Below are positions 12,391 to 24,267 of a stretch of DNA of 64,000 nt, piece after piece. The stretch lies in the NCBI RefSeq assembly GCF_009914755.1, contig NC_060947.1. One strand, given 5' to 3'. Position numbers and translations under genes: made by a program. The stretch's first letter is position 1. The number at the start of each line of letters is the position of its first letter. The notes under the pieces were generated by a model. The model searched no databases and had not been told where the DNA came from. It saw only the letters and a program-made list of their open reading frames with translations. This stretch comes from the human T2T-CHM13v2.0 reference genome, Homo sapiens.

Positions 12391-15300
12391 AAAAAAAATT
12401 TTGTGGGTACATAGTAGGTGTATATATTTATGGGGTACATGTAATGTTTTGATACAGTCATGCAACGAATAATAATCACATCATGAAAATGGAGTATCCA
12501 TTCCATCAAGCATTTATCCTTTGAGTTGTGAACAATCCAATTACCTTCGTTAAGTTATTTTAAAATGTACAGTTAAATTACTATTGACTATAGTCTCCCT
12601 ATTGTGATATCAAATAGTAGGTCTTATTTATTCTTTCTATTATTTTTGTACCCATTAACCATCCCCACTTCCTCCCAGCCCCCCACCACCCTTCCCAGCT
12701 TCTGGTAAACATCATTCTACTTTCTATCTCCATGAGTTCAATTGTTTTAATTTTTAGATCCCACAAATAAGTGAGAAAATGCAATGTTTGTCTTTGTGTG
12801 CCTGGCTTATTTCACTTAACATAATGATCTCCATTTCCATTCATGTTGCTGCAAATGACTGGATCTCTTTCTTTTTAATGGCTGAATAGTACTCCATTGT
12901 GTGCATGTACCACATTTTCTTTATCCATTCATGTGTTGTTAGACACGTAGTTTGCTTCCAAATCTTAGCTATTGTAAACAGTGCTGCAACAAACAAAGGA
13001 GTGCAGATATCTATTTCATATACTGATTTCCTTTCTATTGGGTATATACCCTGCAATGGGATTGCTGGATAATAGGTAGCTCTATTTTTAATTTTTGAGG
13101 AATCTTCAAACTGTTCTCCGTAGTGATCGTACTAATTTACTTTCCTACCAACAGTGTACAAGTGTTCCCTTTTCTCCACATCCTCGCCAGGATTTATTGT
13201 CTGTCTTTTGGATATAAGCCATTTTAACTGGGGTCAGATGATATCTCATTGTAGTTTTTGCATTTCTGCATTTCTCTGATGATCAATGATGTTGAGCACC
13301 TTTTCATATGCTTGTTTGCAATTTGTGTGTCTTCTTTTGAGAAATGTCTATTCAAATCTTTTGCCCATCTTTTTATTGGATTATTAGATTTTTTCCTATA
13401 GAGTTGTTTGAGCTCCTTATATATTCTGGTTATTAATCCCTTGTCAGATAAGTAGCTTGCAAATATTTATCCCATTCTGTGGGTTGTCATTTTACTTTGT
13501 TGATTGTATCCTTTGCTGTGCAGAAGCTTTTTAACCTGATGTGATCCCCTTTATCCATTTCTGCTTTGCCTGTGCTTGTAGGGTATTACTCAAGAAATTT
13601 TCGCTCAGACCAATGTCCTGGAGATTTTCTCCAACGTTTTCTTGTCATAGTTTCATGGTTTGAGGTCTTAGATTTAAGTATTTAATCCATTTTGATTTGG
13701 TTTTTGTATGTGATGAGAGATAGAGGTCTAGTTCCATTCTTCTGCATATGGATATCCAGTTTTCCCAGCATCTACTGAAGAGACTGTCTTTTCCCCAGTG
13801 TATGTTCTTGGCACCTTTGTCTAAAATGAGTTCACTGTAGATGTGTGGATTTGTTTCTGGATTGTCTATTTTGTTCCATTGGTCTATGTGTCTGTTTTTA
13901 TGCCAGTACCATGCTGTTTTGGTTACGATAGCTGTGTGGCATTATTTTCAGTCAGGTAATGTGATTCCTCTAGTTTTGTTCCTTTTGCTTGGGATAGCTT
14001 TCGCTATTCTGGGTCTTTTCTGGTTCCATATAAATCTTATGATTTTTTTTATTTCTGTGAAGAATGTCATTGGTATTTTGGTAGGGATTATAATGAATCT
14101 GTAGATTGCTTTGAGCAGTATGGACATTTTCACAATATTGATTCTTCCAATGCACGAACATAGAATATTCTTCCATTTTCTGATATCCTCTTCAATTTTG
14201 TTCATCCGTGTTTTATAGTTTTCACTACAGAGCTCTTTCGCTTCTCTGGTTAATTCCTAGGTATTTAATTTTATGTGTGGCTGTTGTAAATGGGCTTACT
14301 TTTTTATTATTTTTTCACATTTTTCACTATTGGCATATAGAAATGCTACTGATTTTGTATGTTGATTTTGTCCTATGACATTACTGAATTTGTTGATCAG
14401 TTCTGATAGTTTTCTGGTGAATACTTTAGGTTTTTCCAAATATAAGATCATATAATCTACAAACAAGGATAATTTGACTTATTTCTTTTCATTTGGATGC
14501 CCTTTATATCTTTCTCTTATCTGATTGCTTTAGCTAGAACTTCCATTACTATGTGGAATAACTGTGGTGACAGTGGGCATCCTTGTCATCTTCCAGATCT
14601 TAGAGAGAAATCTTTCAGTTTTTCCCCACTCAGTATGATACTAGCCATGGGTCTGTCATATACGGCTTTTATTATGTTGAGGTATGTTCCTTCAATATCC
14701 AGTTTTTTGGGGGTTTTTATCATGAAGTGATGTTGAATTTTATCAAATGCTTTTTCAGCACCAATTGAAATGACCATATGGTTTCTGGCCTGTTGACATG
14801 ATGAATCACACTGATTGATTTGAATATCTTGAACCATCCTTGCATCCCAGGGATAAATCTGACTTGGCCACGATGAATGGTCTTTCTAATGTATTATTGA
14901 ATGCGGTTTGCTAGTATTTTGTTAAGGGTTTTTGCATCAGTATTCATTAGAGACGTTGGTCTGTAGTTTTCTTTTTTTGATGTGCCTTTTTCTGGTTTTG
15001 GTATCAGGGTAATACTGGCCTCGTAGAAAGAATTTGGAAGTATTTCCTTTTCCTCTATTTTTTGGAATAGTTTGAGTAAAATTGGTGTTAGTTCGTTTTA
15101 ACCATTTGGTAGAATTCAGCAGTGAAGCCGTCAAGTCCTGGGCTTTTCTTTACTGGGAGACTTTTTATTACAGCTTTGATCTTGTTACTTATTATTGGTC
15201 TGTTCAGGTTTTGGATCCCTTCTTGGTTCAATCTTGGTAGGTTGGATGTATCTAGGAATTTGTCCATTTCTTCTAGATTTTCCAATTTATTGGCATATTG

Positions 15301-17780
15301 TTGCTCATAGTAGCCACTACTGATCCTTTTAATTTCTGCAGTATCAGTTGTAATGTCTCCTTTATTTCTGATTTTTAAAATTTGGATCTTCTTTCCTTTT
15401 GTCTTAGTCTGGCTGAAGGTTTGTTTGTTTCATTTAACTTTTCAAAAAACCAACTTTTTGTTTCATTGATATTTTGTAATTTTGTATTTAAATTTCATTT
15501 ATTTCTGCTCTGATCTTTATTATTTATTTTATTTTACTAATATTGGATTTGGTTTGCTCTTGCTTTCCTAGTTCTTTAAGATGCATCATTAGATTGTTCA
15601 TTTGAAATTGTTCTTCTTTTTTGTTGTAGGCACTTATAGCTATAAACTTCCCTATTAGTACTACCTTTGCTGCCTTATTTAGATCATTTGGTGAAGTCAT
15701 GTTTTCCCAGATGGTGCTGATATTAGTAGATGTTCTTCAGTGTCTGGGCATTGAAGAGTCGGGTATTTATTGTAGTCTTCACTGTCCGGGCTTATTTGTA
15801 GCCATCCTTCTTGGGAAGACTTTTCAGATATTTTAAAGGATTCGGGTGTTGTATTCTAAGCTATTTCTGCTTTAGAGGGCACTCCAAGCCCAGTAATGCT
15901 GTGGCTCTTGTAGACTCTTAGAGGTACCACCTTGATGGTCTTGGAGAAGATACAGAAGAATTCTTTGGATTACCAGGCAGAGACTGTTGTTCTCTTCCCT
16001 TACTTTCTTTCAAACATACAGAGACTCTCTCTCTATTCTGAGCCACCTAAAGCTGAGGCTGGAGTGACAAAAGCACTCCTGTGGCCACCACCATTATGAC
16101 TGCACTGTGTCCGACCTGGAGCCAGCACAGTAGTGAGTCTCGCCTAAGGCTTGATGTAACCACTCCCTGGCTACTGCTGTGTTCGCTCAACCTTCTGGGG
16201 CTCTGCAATCAGAAGGTGGCAAAGTTAGCCAGGCCAATGTCCTTCCTATCAGGGCAGTGAGGTTCTCTAGGTCCTGAGTGGTTCCAGAAGTGCCATCTGG
16301 GAATCAGGAACTAGAGTCAAAAACCTTAGAAAGTCTACCTTGTATTCTATTGTATTGTGACTGAGCTGGCACTCAAACCACAAGATGCATTCCTTCCCAC
16401 TCTTCCTTCCCCTTTCCAAAGGCAGAGAAGCCTCATCTCATAGCCACCACCACCCCTGGCCATGAGTAGTACTGCCAGAGTACCACTGATGTTCCCTTAA
16501 GGGACAAGGTCTCTTAAGTCAACTTATGGTGAATGCTCTCTGGCCTGGGACTAACCCTTCAGGGCAGTGGGCTCCTCTTTGGCCTAGGGCAGGTCCAGAA
16601 ATGCCATTCAAGAGTCAAGTCCTGGGATCAGGACCCTAAGAGCCCACTGGGTGCTCTACCCTTTTGTGACAGTGTTGGTACCTAAGGTGCAAGACAACGT
16701 CCCCTTTACTTTTCCCTCTGCTTTTCTCAATTATTATAGAAGGAGTGTTGCCCCATAGCCACCTCAGCTGGTAATGTGCTGAGTCTCACCTGAAGCCAGC
16801 AAGTCTCAGAGGCTCACCAAGGCCCTTGACATAGTACCTGGGTATTGCTGCTGGTAGGACTCTTCAATTAACAGGTGATGAATGCTGGCAGGCCTGGGTC
16901 CTTTCCTTCAAGGCAGCAGGTTCCCTCCTGGCCCAGGTTGTGTCTAGAAATGTCATCTAGGAGCTAGGGCCTGGAATGGCAGCCTCACTATTCTGACTGG
17001 TGCCCTATCCTGCTGTGGCTGAGCTGGTGTCCAAGATCCAAGACAACGTCCTCCCCACTCTTCCCTCTCCTTTCCTCAAGCAGAAAAAAAGGGTCTCTTT
17101 TGGAGCCATGAGCTGTGCAGCCTGGGGTTACAGGAGGGGAGATGCCAGCAATCCCCTGGTTTCCCCAGCTGGTGTCTCAGTATGTCATGTGGCGCCCCCC
17201 CCCAACCCAGTCCACTATCTCTGGGCCTAGTTCAGCCCTAAGACTCTCCTAAGAGTTGCAGTCCTTGTGGCCTAGACTGCCTTTCAAGCTTACTTAAAGA
17301 CCCAGGGCACTTTGGCCCTCAGTGACGAGTTTTTTAGACACTCGAGTTTGGACTACTGGGATTGGAGATTCCCCTCTGGCTAGGGCTGCTTTAAATTCTC
17401 CCTCTGCGGACAGGCATCAGCTGAGTTTGGTCTGTTTTTCCTTTCTGCTCTAACAGGACAGCACTGAGTTCAGTGCCTCACAATTGCTGTGTTCTGCCTC
17501 CCCTAGCACCCAGAGATACTCTCTCCACCACGCCACCACTGCCAGGGACGGGAAAGGGATGGCATCAGTGATTCATGACTGTTTTTTCTATCTCTTCAGT
17601 GCCTCTTTCAGCAATATGAAGTTAAAACAGGTACTATGAGGGCTCATCCGATTTTTGGTTCTTATGGAAGTATTTTTGTGTGTGTGTGTTTATAGGAAGT
17701 TGTTAACTTGGTGTCTTTATTGGGGCGAGGGGATGATTGGTGGAGCTTTTTTTTCCCCACCATCTTGCTCTACCTGCTCT
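12391..17780 (-). mobile_element. L1MA (L1MA1-3-like) with both ends retained and an internal deletion
   Basis: L1MA 3' UTR ttttgtgggtacatagtagg; ORF2 remnants in the ORF track (13948-14205 [21 protein letters not shown]; 15088-15285 [20 protein letters not shown]); 5' start agcaagatgg near 17770. Confidence 0.92.
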
Positions 17781-17799
17781 ATTTAGAACATTTTTACAC

Positions 17800-19617
17800 A
17801 TTTTAAATTAATTATAGGTTCACAAGAAGTTACAAAGGGGGTATAGAGAGGTCCTGTGTACCCTTCACCCAGTTTCCCACAATAATTACATTTTACATAA
17901 CTACAGTACAATATCAAAACCAGGAAATTGGCATGGCACAAGCTATGTGTAGAAATCTATGTGATTTCATTATATGCGTAGATTTGTTACTACCATCATA
18001 ATCAAGATACAGAACTATCCCATCACCAAAAAGATCTCCCTCTTCCTACCCTTTTATAGTTACACCACCATCCTTAAACCCTAGTAACTACTTATTTGTT
18101 TCTCTAGAAGTCTTTCATTTTGAGAATGTAACATAAATGAAATCATACAGTATGGGACTTTTTGAGACTGACTTTTTTCACACTCAGCACAAAGCTCTGA
18201 TATCTAGCCAAGTTGTTGTGTGTATCAATAGTTTGTTCCTTTTTATTGCTGAGTAGTGTTCCATGGTGTAGATGTACTACAGTTTGTTTAACCACTCCCT
18301 GTTGAAGGATATTTGGGTTATTTACAGTTTTTGGCTTTGTGAATAAAATGGCTGTAAACCTTTGTGTACAGGTTTTCGTGTGAATACAATTTTCATTTCA
18401 TTCATCTCTAGGATAAATGCCCTCGAGTGCAGTTCCTGGGTTATACTGTAATTGCATATCAGGATTTTTGTTTGTTTTAAGAAATTGCGAAACTGTTTTC
18501 CAGAGAGGCTGTACCATTTTGCATTCCCATTAGTAATGTGTGAGAGATTCAGTTTCTCTATATTCTTGCCATTATTTGGTATTTTCATTATTTTTTATTT
18601 TAGATGTTCTAATTGGTATGTAGTAACAACTCATTTTGGTATAAATTTGCATTTAGCAAATGGATAGTAATGTTGAACATCTTTTCACGTGCCTATTTGC
18701 CATCTGTATATGCTCTTCAGTGAACTTTCCCTTCATGCCTTCTGCCCATTTTAAATAAGATTTGTTTTTCTTTTTGAGAGCTTTGAGAATTCTTTATATA
18801 TTCTAGACGTGAGTTCTTTGTCAGATATGTGGTTTGCAAATATTTCCTTAGAGGCTGTATCTTGTCTTTTAATCTTCTTAACAAGGTCTTTCAAAGAGCA
18901 AACATTTTTAATTTTAATGAAATCTAACATCAATTTTTTTTCTTTTATGAATCATACTCTTGGTGTTATGTCTAAAAATTCTTCATCAAGTTTCAGGTTC
19001 TGAAGATTTTCTCTTATGTTGTCTTTTAAAAATTTTATAATTTATGGTTTACATTTAATGAGTTTACTTTTGTATAAAATGTGAGGTTTAGGAAATGTAT
19101 GTGTTTTTGCCTGTGAATATCCAATTGCTCCAGCATTATTTGTTGACAGGACTATCCTTCCTTCATTGAATTGCTTTTGCATCTCTGTCAAAAATCAGTT
19201 GTCTGTACTTGTATTTGGCTGAGTTCTCTCTTTTGTTCCATTGATCTATATGTCGATCCCTCTGCCAATACCACACAAGCCTTTATTGTAGCTCTATAAT
19301 ATGTATGACAATTAGGTAGAGTAATTCCTTCCATTTTATTCTTCTTTTTCTAAGTTGTCTTAAGCTATTCTATATCCTTTGTATTTCCATATAAATTTTA
19401 GACTATTATCTATATCTATAAAACCTTGTTGGGATTTTGACAGAAATTACATTAGATCTGCATATTAATTTGGGGGAGAATTGACCTTTTTATTATGTAA
19501 TGTCTTCCAATCCATAAACACAGTATGTCTTTCCATTTATTTTATCTTTGATTTATTTCAAAAGCATTTTGTAGTTTTCAGCAACCAAGTCCTGTACATG
19601 TTCTGTTAGATTTATAC
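17800..19617 (-). mobile_element. Old L1 (L1MC/L1MD-type) 3' region
   Basis: gtcctgtgtacccttcacccagtttccc; ORF2 C-terminal remnant LDFIKIKNVCSLKD...IFANHISDKEL. Confidence 0.8.
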
Positions 19618-20095
19618 TGTCTTAGTGTGTTTAATGCTGCTATAAAGGAATACCTGAAGCTGAGTAGTTTATAAAAAAAAAGAGGTTTATCTGGTTCATG
19701 GTTCTGCAGGCTGTACAAGAAGTATGCTGCCAGCATCTGCTTCTGATGAGGGCTTCAGGCTGCTTCCACTCATGGTAGAAGGTGAAAGGGAGCTTGTCTG
19801 CAGAGATAACATGGTGATAGAGGAAGCGAGAGAGAGAGAGGAAGCAAAAGAAAGACAGAGAGAGAAAGAGAGAAATCCAGAGAGAGGGGAGAGGTGCCAG
19901 GCTGTTTTTAACAACCAGGTTTCATGGGAACTGATAAAGTGATAATTCACTCACTCCCTCCCCACCCAAGCATTAATCTATTTATGAGGGATCTGCCCCT
20001 GATGTCCCAAACACCTCCCATTAGGCTCCACCTCCAACATTGGGGATAAAATTACAACATGAAATTTGGAGTGGACAAGCATCCAAGCTATAACG
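19618..20095 (-). mobile_element. MaLR LTR, MSTB-like
   Basis: tgtcttagtgtg...tggttctgcaggctgtacaagaagtatgctgccagcatctgcttctgatgagggc...aaacacctcccattaggc. Confidence 0.88.
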
Positions 20096-21527
20096 TTCTG
20101 TCCATGGCCCCTGAATCTTGTGTTTTTCCCACATTGCAAAATACAATCATCCCTTCTCAATAGTCCCTAAAAGTCTTAACTTGTTCTAGCATCAATTCAA
20201 ATGTCCAAAGTCCAAAGTCTCATCTGAGACTCAAAGCAAGTTCCTTGCAGCAATGATTCTGTAAAATAAAAAACAAGTTATTTACTTTCAAGACACAATG
20301 GTTGTACGGGCATTTGGTAAACATTTCCATTCCAAAAGGGAGAAATTGGCCCAAAGAAAGGGGTAAGAGGCCCCATGCAAGCCTAAAACACAGCAGGAAT
20401 GACATTAAATCTTAAAGCTCCAAAGTAATTTCCCTTGACTCCATGTCCAACATCCTGGGCACAGTGGTGCAAGGGATAGGCTCTTGAGGTCTCAGGCAAC
20501 CCTGCCCTCAGGTGTGGCTGGGTGAAGCCCATGTGACTGCTCTCACGAGTTGGAATCTGATGCCTGCAGCTTTTCCAGACTTAGAGGCTGTATCTTGTCT
20601 TTTAATCTTCTTAACAAGGTCTTTCAAAGAGCAAACATTTTTAATTTTAATGAAATCTAACATCAATTTTTTTTCTTTTATGAGATGCATGCTGCCAGTG
20701 GCTCTATGATTCTGGGATCTGGAGGGAAGTGGTCCTGCTCCCACAGCTCCACTGGATACTTCCCTAGTAGAGGTTGTCTGTGGTACTCAACTCTTGTAGC
20801 AAGCTTCTGCCTGGGCATGCAAACTTTCCCATACTCTCTGAAATTTAAATGGAAGCTGCCAAACTTCCACTATTTTTGAGTTCTCAATGCCTACAGACTT
20901 AACACCACATGGAAGTCACCAAGGCTTATTTCTTGAAGTCTCTGGAGTGGGGGCCTGACCAGTACCTGAGGCTGTTTGAGCCATGAATGGAGACTGAACA
21001 ACCAGAATGTGAGGAGCAGCATCTCCAGGAGTCTCAAGATAGTGGTGCCCTGGGCCAGTCCCTCAAGTCATTCTGTAATCCTAGGCCTCTGAGCCCGTGA
21101 TGGGAGGGATGCCCTCAAAGATATCTAAAATGCCTTTGGGGACATTTTCCCATTGGCTTGGCTATTAGCACCTGGCTTCCTTTTAGTCTTGCTAATCTCT
21201 TTAGCAAGTGGTTTCTCTATAGCACTCCTAGATTCCTCTCCTGAAAATGCCCTTTCCTCCTCTGCCACATGGTCAGCCTGCAAATTTTCTGAATTTTTAT
21301 GCTCTGCTTCCCTTTTGATTATAAATTCCAGCTTTATATCATTCCTTTGCCACTGTATCTGATTGTAAGCTGTTAAAAACAGCCAAGATGATCAAACTTC
21401 TCTTATCAAATGCTTTGTTGTCTAGAAATTTCTTCTGCCAGATACCATAGGTTGTTAAGTTTGGCCTTCCACAAAACCCTAGGGCATGGACACTATGCAG
21501 CCAAGTTCTTTGCCATGGGATACCAAG
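20096..21527 (-). mobile_element. MST internal (MaLR-int) sequence; second LTR missing
   Basis: tgcaaaatacaatcatcccttctcaatagtccctaaaagtcttaac...ccaaagtccaaagtctcatctgagac, typical of THE1/MST-int. Confidence 0.82.
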
Positions 21528-22145
21528 GGGGAGGGCAGTGCCAGTGGGTGGAGACTGCATGAACTACTTACACCTCAGCCCCAGAGGTGTGCATTTCTCA
21601 GGCCTTGGCCCCATAAGCAGCAGCCAGTGCTTCTCTTGTGCTTCAGCCTCAGTGCTGCTGGGCCCCAGGACAGTGCATTTTCTTTTGGGGGTGGGTCTCT
21701 AAAATGGTACCTTTCTGAACCTGTTTAGTTCTCAGGGAGCATGTGGGACCAAGCATGAGCTCCCTCCTTGTGTGACAGAGTAGTGCTGGTACCCAGTCTC
21801 TTGTGGCACCTCCGTTTGTTAGTCTCTGGCCCTGCAAGGGTCGAGAAGCTCTCCTGTCATTAGGATTACAAGAGGCCACAGTGGAAATGTGGACCATTGG
21901 GGGTCTCTCACTTCCATTTTCTCCACATTGGGAAGTCTCTCTTGGATCTCAGCCAATCCTGGCTGAGCAGGCTGCTTCACTTCCCTCTCCTTTGCTTTAG
22001 GTGTTTCCTGTCACTTTTCTGTTGCATTCTCATGTTCTTTCTTGGGTGATCTATTCAAAGTGTGATGATCTAGTCACTATTTTGGTTCTTCTTAGTGGAG
22101 GAGGTGAGTATGAAATGCATCTATTCAGCCATCTTGAACTTCTTT
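21528..22145 (-). mobile_element. Old L1M 5' UTR fragment
   Basis: Ends ctattcagccatcttg (antisense caagatggctgaatag, an L1 5' start). Confidence 0.55.
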
Positions 22146-22294
22146 CTAAAATGTATGTCATGTCCAGGGGTTTTCAGTTTACATAGCAGGAAAATAGGGA
22201 AAAGGGTGTCCACTTCATTGTCCTGAACATGGAAGTGCCTCTGGTTTTAAAGGTAATAATAAAAGTCTTTAATGTATATAAAATGTATTTGGAC

Positions 22295-22518
22295 TTGCAT
22301 TGGAGTTAGACCAACATGGATTTGAAACTTCACTTGACCATTGACTAGAGGTGTAACTTAGTCTAATATCTTAACCTCTATGTGCCTCAATTTCATAAAC
22401 AATAAAATGAGAATAACAGTATCTACTTGATAAGAATTTTGTAAGGGTTAAGTCATAAATGTATGTAAAATACTTATCACAGGGCCTAGCACAGTGTAAG
22501 CATCCCATAAGTGGTAAC
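22295..22518 (+). mobile_element. MIR SINE
   Basis: ggagttagac...ttaacctctatgtgcctcaatttc...taaaatgagaataacagtatctac...cctagcacagt. Confidence 0.8.
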
Positions 22519-22616
22519 AAAATTGTGATTATTTCAAAATAACTAGATAATTTGTTGCGTTCTTCAATAAATAGTCCCTTCCTCACTGATATGTGATCCT
22601 ACCCTCGTCATGGATC

Positions 22617-22914
22617 TTTTTTTTTTTTTCTTGAGACAGAATCTGGCCCTGTTATTTAGGCTGGAGTGCAGTGGCACAATCTCAGCTCATGCAACCTATG
22701 CCTCCATGGTTCAAGCGATTCTCCTGCCTCAGCCTCCTGAGTAGCTGGGATGACAGTCACTCACTACCATGCCTGGCTAATTTTTGTATTTTTAGTAGAG
22801 ATGAGGTTTCACCATGTTGCCCAGGCTGGTCTCGAACTCCTGATCTCAAGTGATCCACCTGCCTTGCCCCCTGCAAAGTGCTAGGATTACAGGCGTGAAC
22901 CACTGTGCCCAGCT
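22617..22914 (-). mobile_element. Alu (AluS-like)
   Basis: Full Alu dimer; TSD c(g/a)tcatggat at 22606-22615 and 22916-22925. Confidence 0.97.
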
Positions 22915-23303
22915 GCATCATGGATTTTATACTAGGAAGTTTTTGGATCAGCTATATATTTTTGGTGATAAGCATGTCTATACTTGCATCACTATAACAC
23001 TGTTCTAATTATTAGAGTTTTATAATATGTTTTAATATCTGGAAGTGTAAGTAACCCATCATTACTTTTCTCTATGTTTTTTATTAGCTTTTTAAAGTCT
23101 TTTTTACATTTTCCCCAATGGTTTTTATATATTTTTCTTGGTGTTTATTCTCTTAGATATTCTTTAATAATCTTTTGGAAAAATTTGAAAGTAAATCCCA
23201 TTGGGACTTTAACTGGAATATTTTTTGACCTTTGAAATAATTGGGATAAAATTGTTATGTATATTCTACAAAAGTATTGTTGTATAAGAAAATAGTATGT
23301 TTT

Positions 23304-23573
23304 CAAACACCACATGTTCTCACTCATAAGTGGGAGTTGAACAATGAGAACACATGGACACAGGGAGGGGAACATCAAACACCGGGGCCTGTTGTGGGGT
23401 GGGGGGCAAGGGGAGGGAGAGCATTAGGACAAATACCTAATGCATGTGGGGCTTAAAACCTACATGATGGGTTAATAGGTGCAGCAAACCACCATGGCAC
23501 ATGTATACCCATGTAATGAACCTGCACATTCTGCACATGTATCCCAGAATTTAAAGTAAAATTAAAAAAAAAA
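23304..23573 (+). mobile_element. 5'-truncated L1PA (L1PA7/8-like) 3' end
   Basis: catgttctcactcataagtgggagttgaacaatgagaacacatggacacaggg...cccagaatttaaagtaaaatt then poly-A. Confidence 0.93.
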
Positions 23574-23969
23574 GAATTTTGGAGATAGGAACATATTGAA
23601 GGAGTAAAATGGAGTAATAAATTTGTATTATGTTTCAAAATATCCAATCAAATTTTTTTCTAAAAAAAAAAGAAAATGGTATGTTTTTCTGGCCATGAAA
23701 ATACTATTTCAGCAATGTTTTGAAATTTTTCATAGAATTTTATGGATTTATGTTGTTTATTCCTAATTATTTTAAGTTTTAATGATTATTTTTGGATTTC
23801 CCATTGTACTATGAAATTTATAACTGTATATATATTTTTTTGTAATGGGCTATGCTGCATAATTTGTTGATTAGTTTGAACAGTATATTTTATTGATTTC
23901 TTAGAATTTCCAGCTATACCACCATATTGTGATAAATTGATCTACTGCTTTCTAGTAGTTATAGCTCTT

Positions 23970-24267
<298 letters not shown>

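Noticed and set aside
12841-15285. ORFs with L1 ORF2 (RT and C-terminal) similarity
   Set aside because: Fragmented by stops and frameshifts; dead L1MA relic, not a CDS
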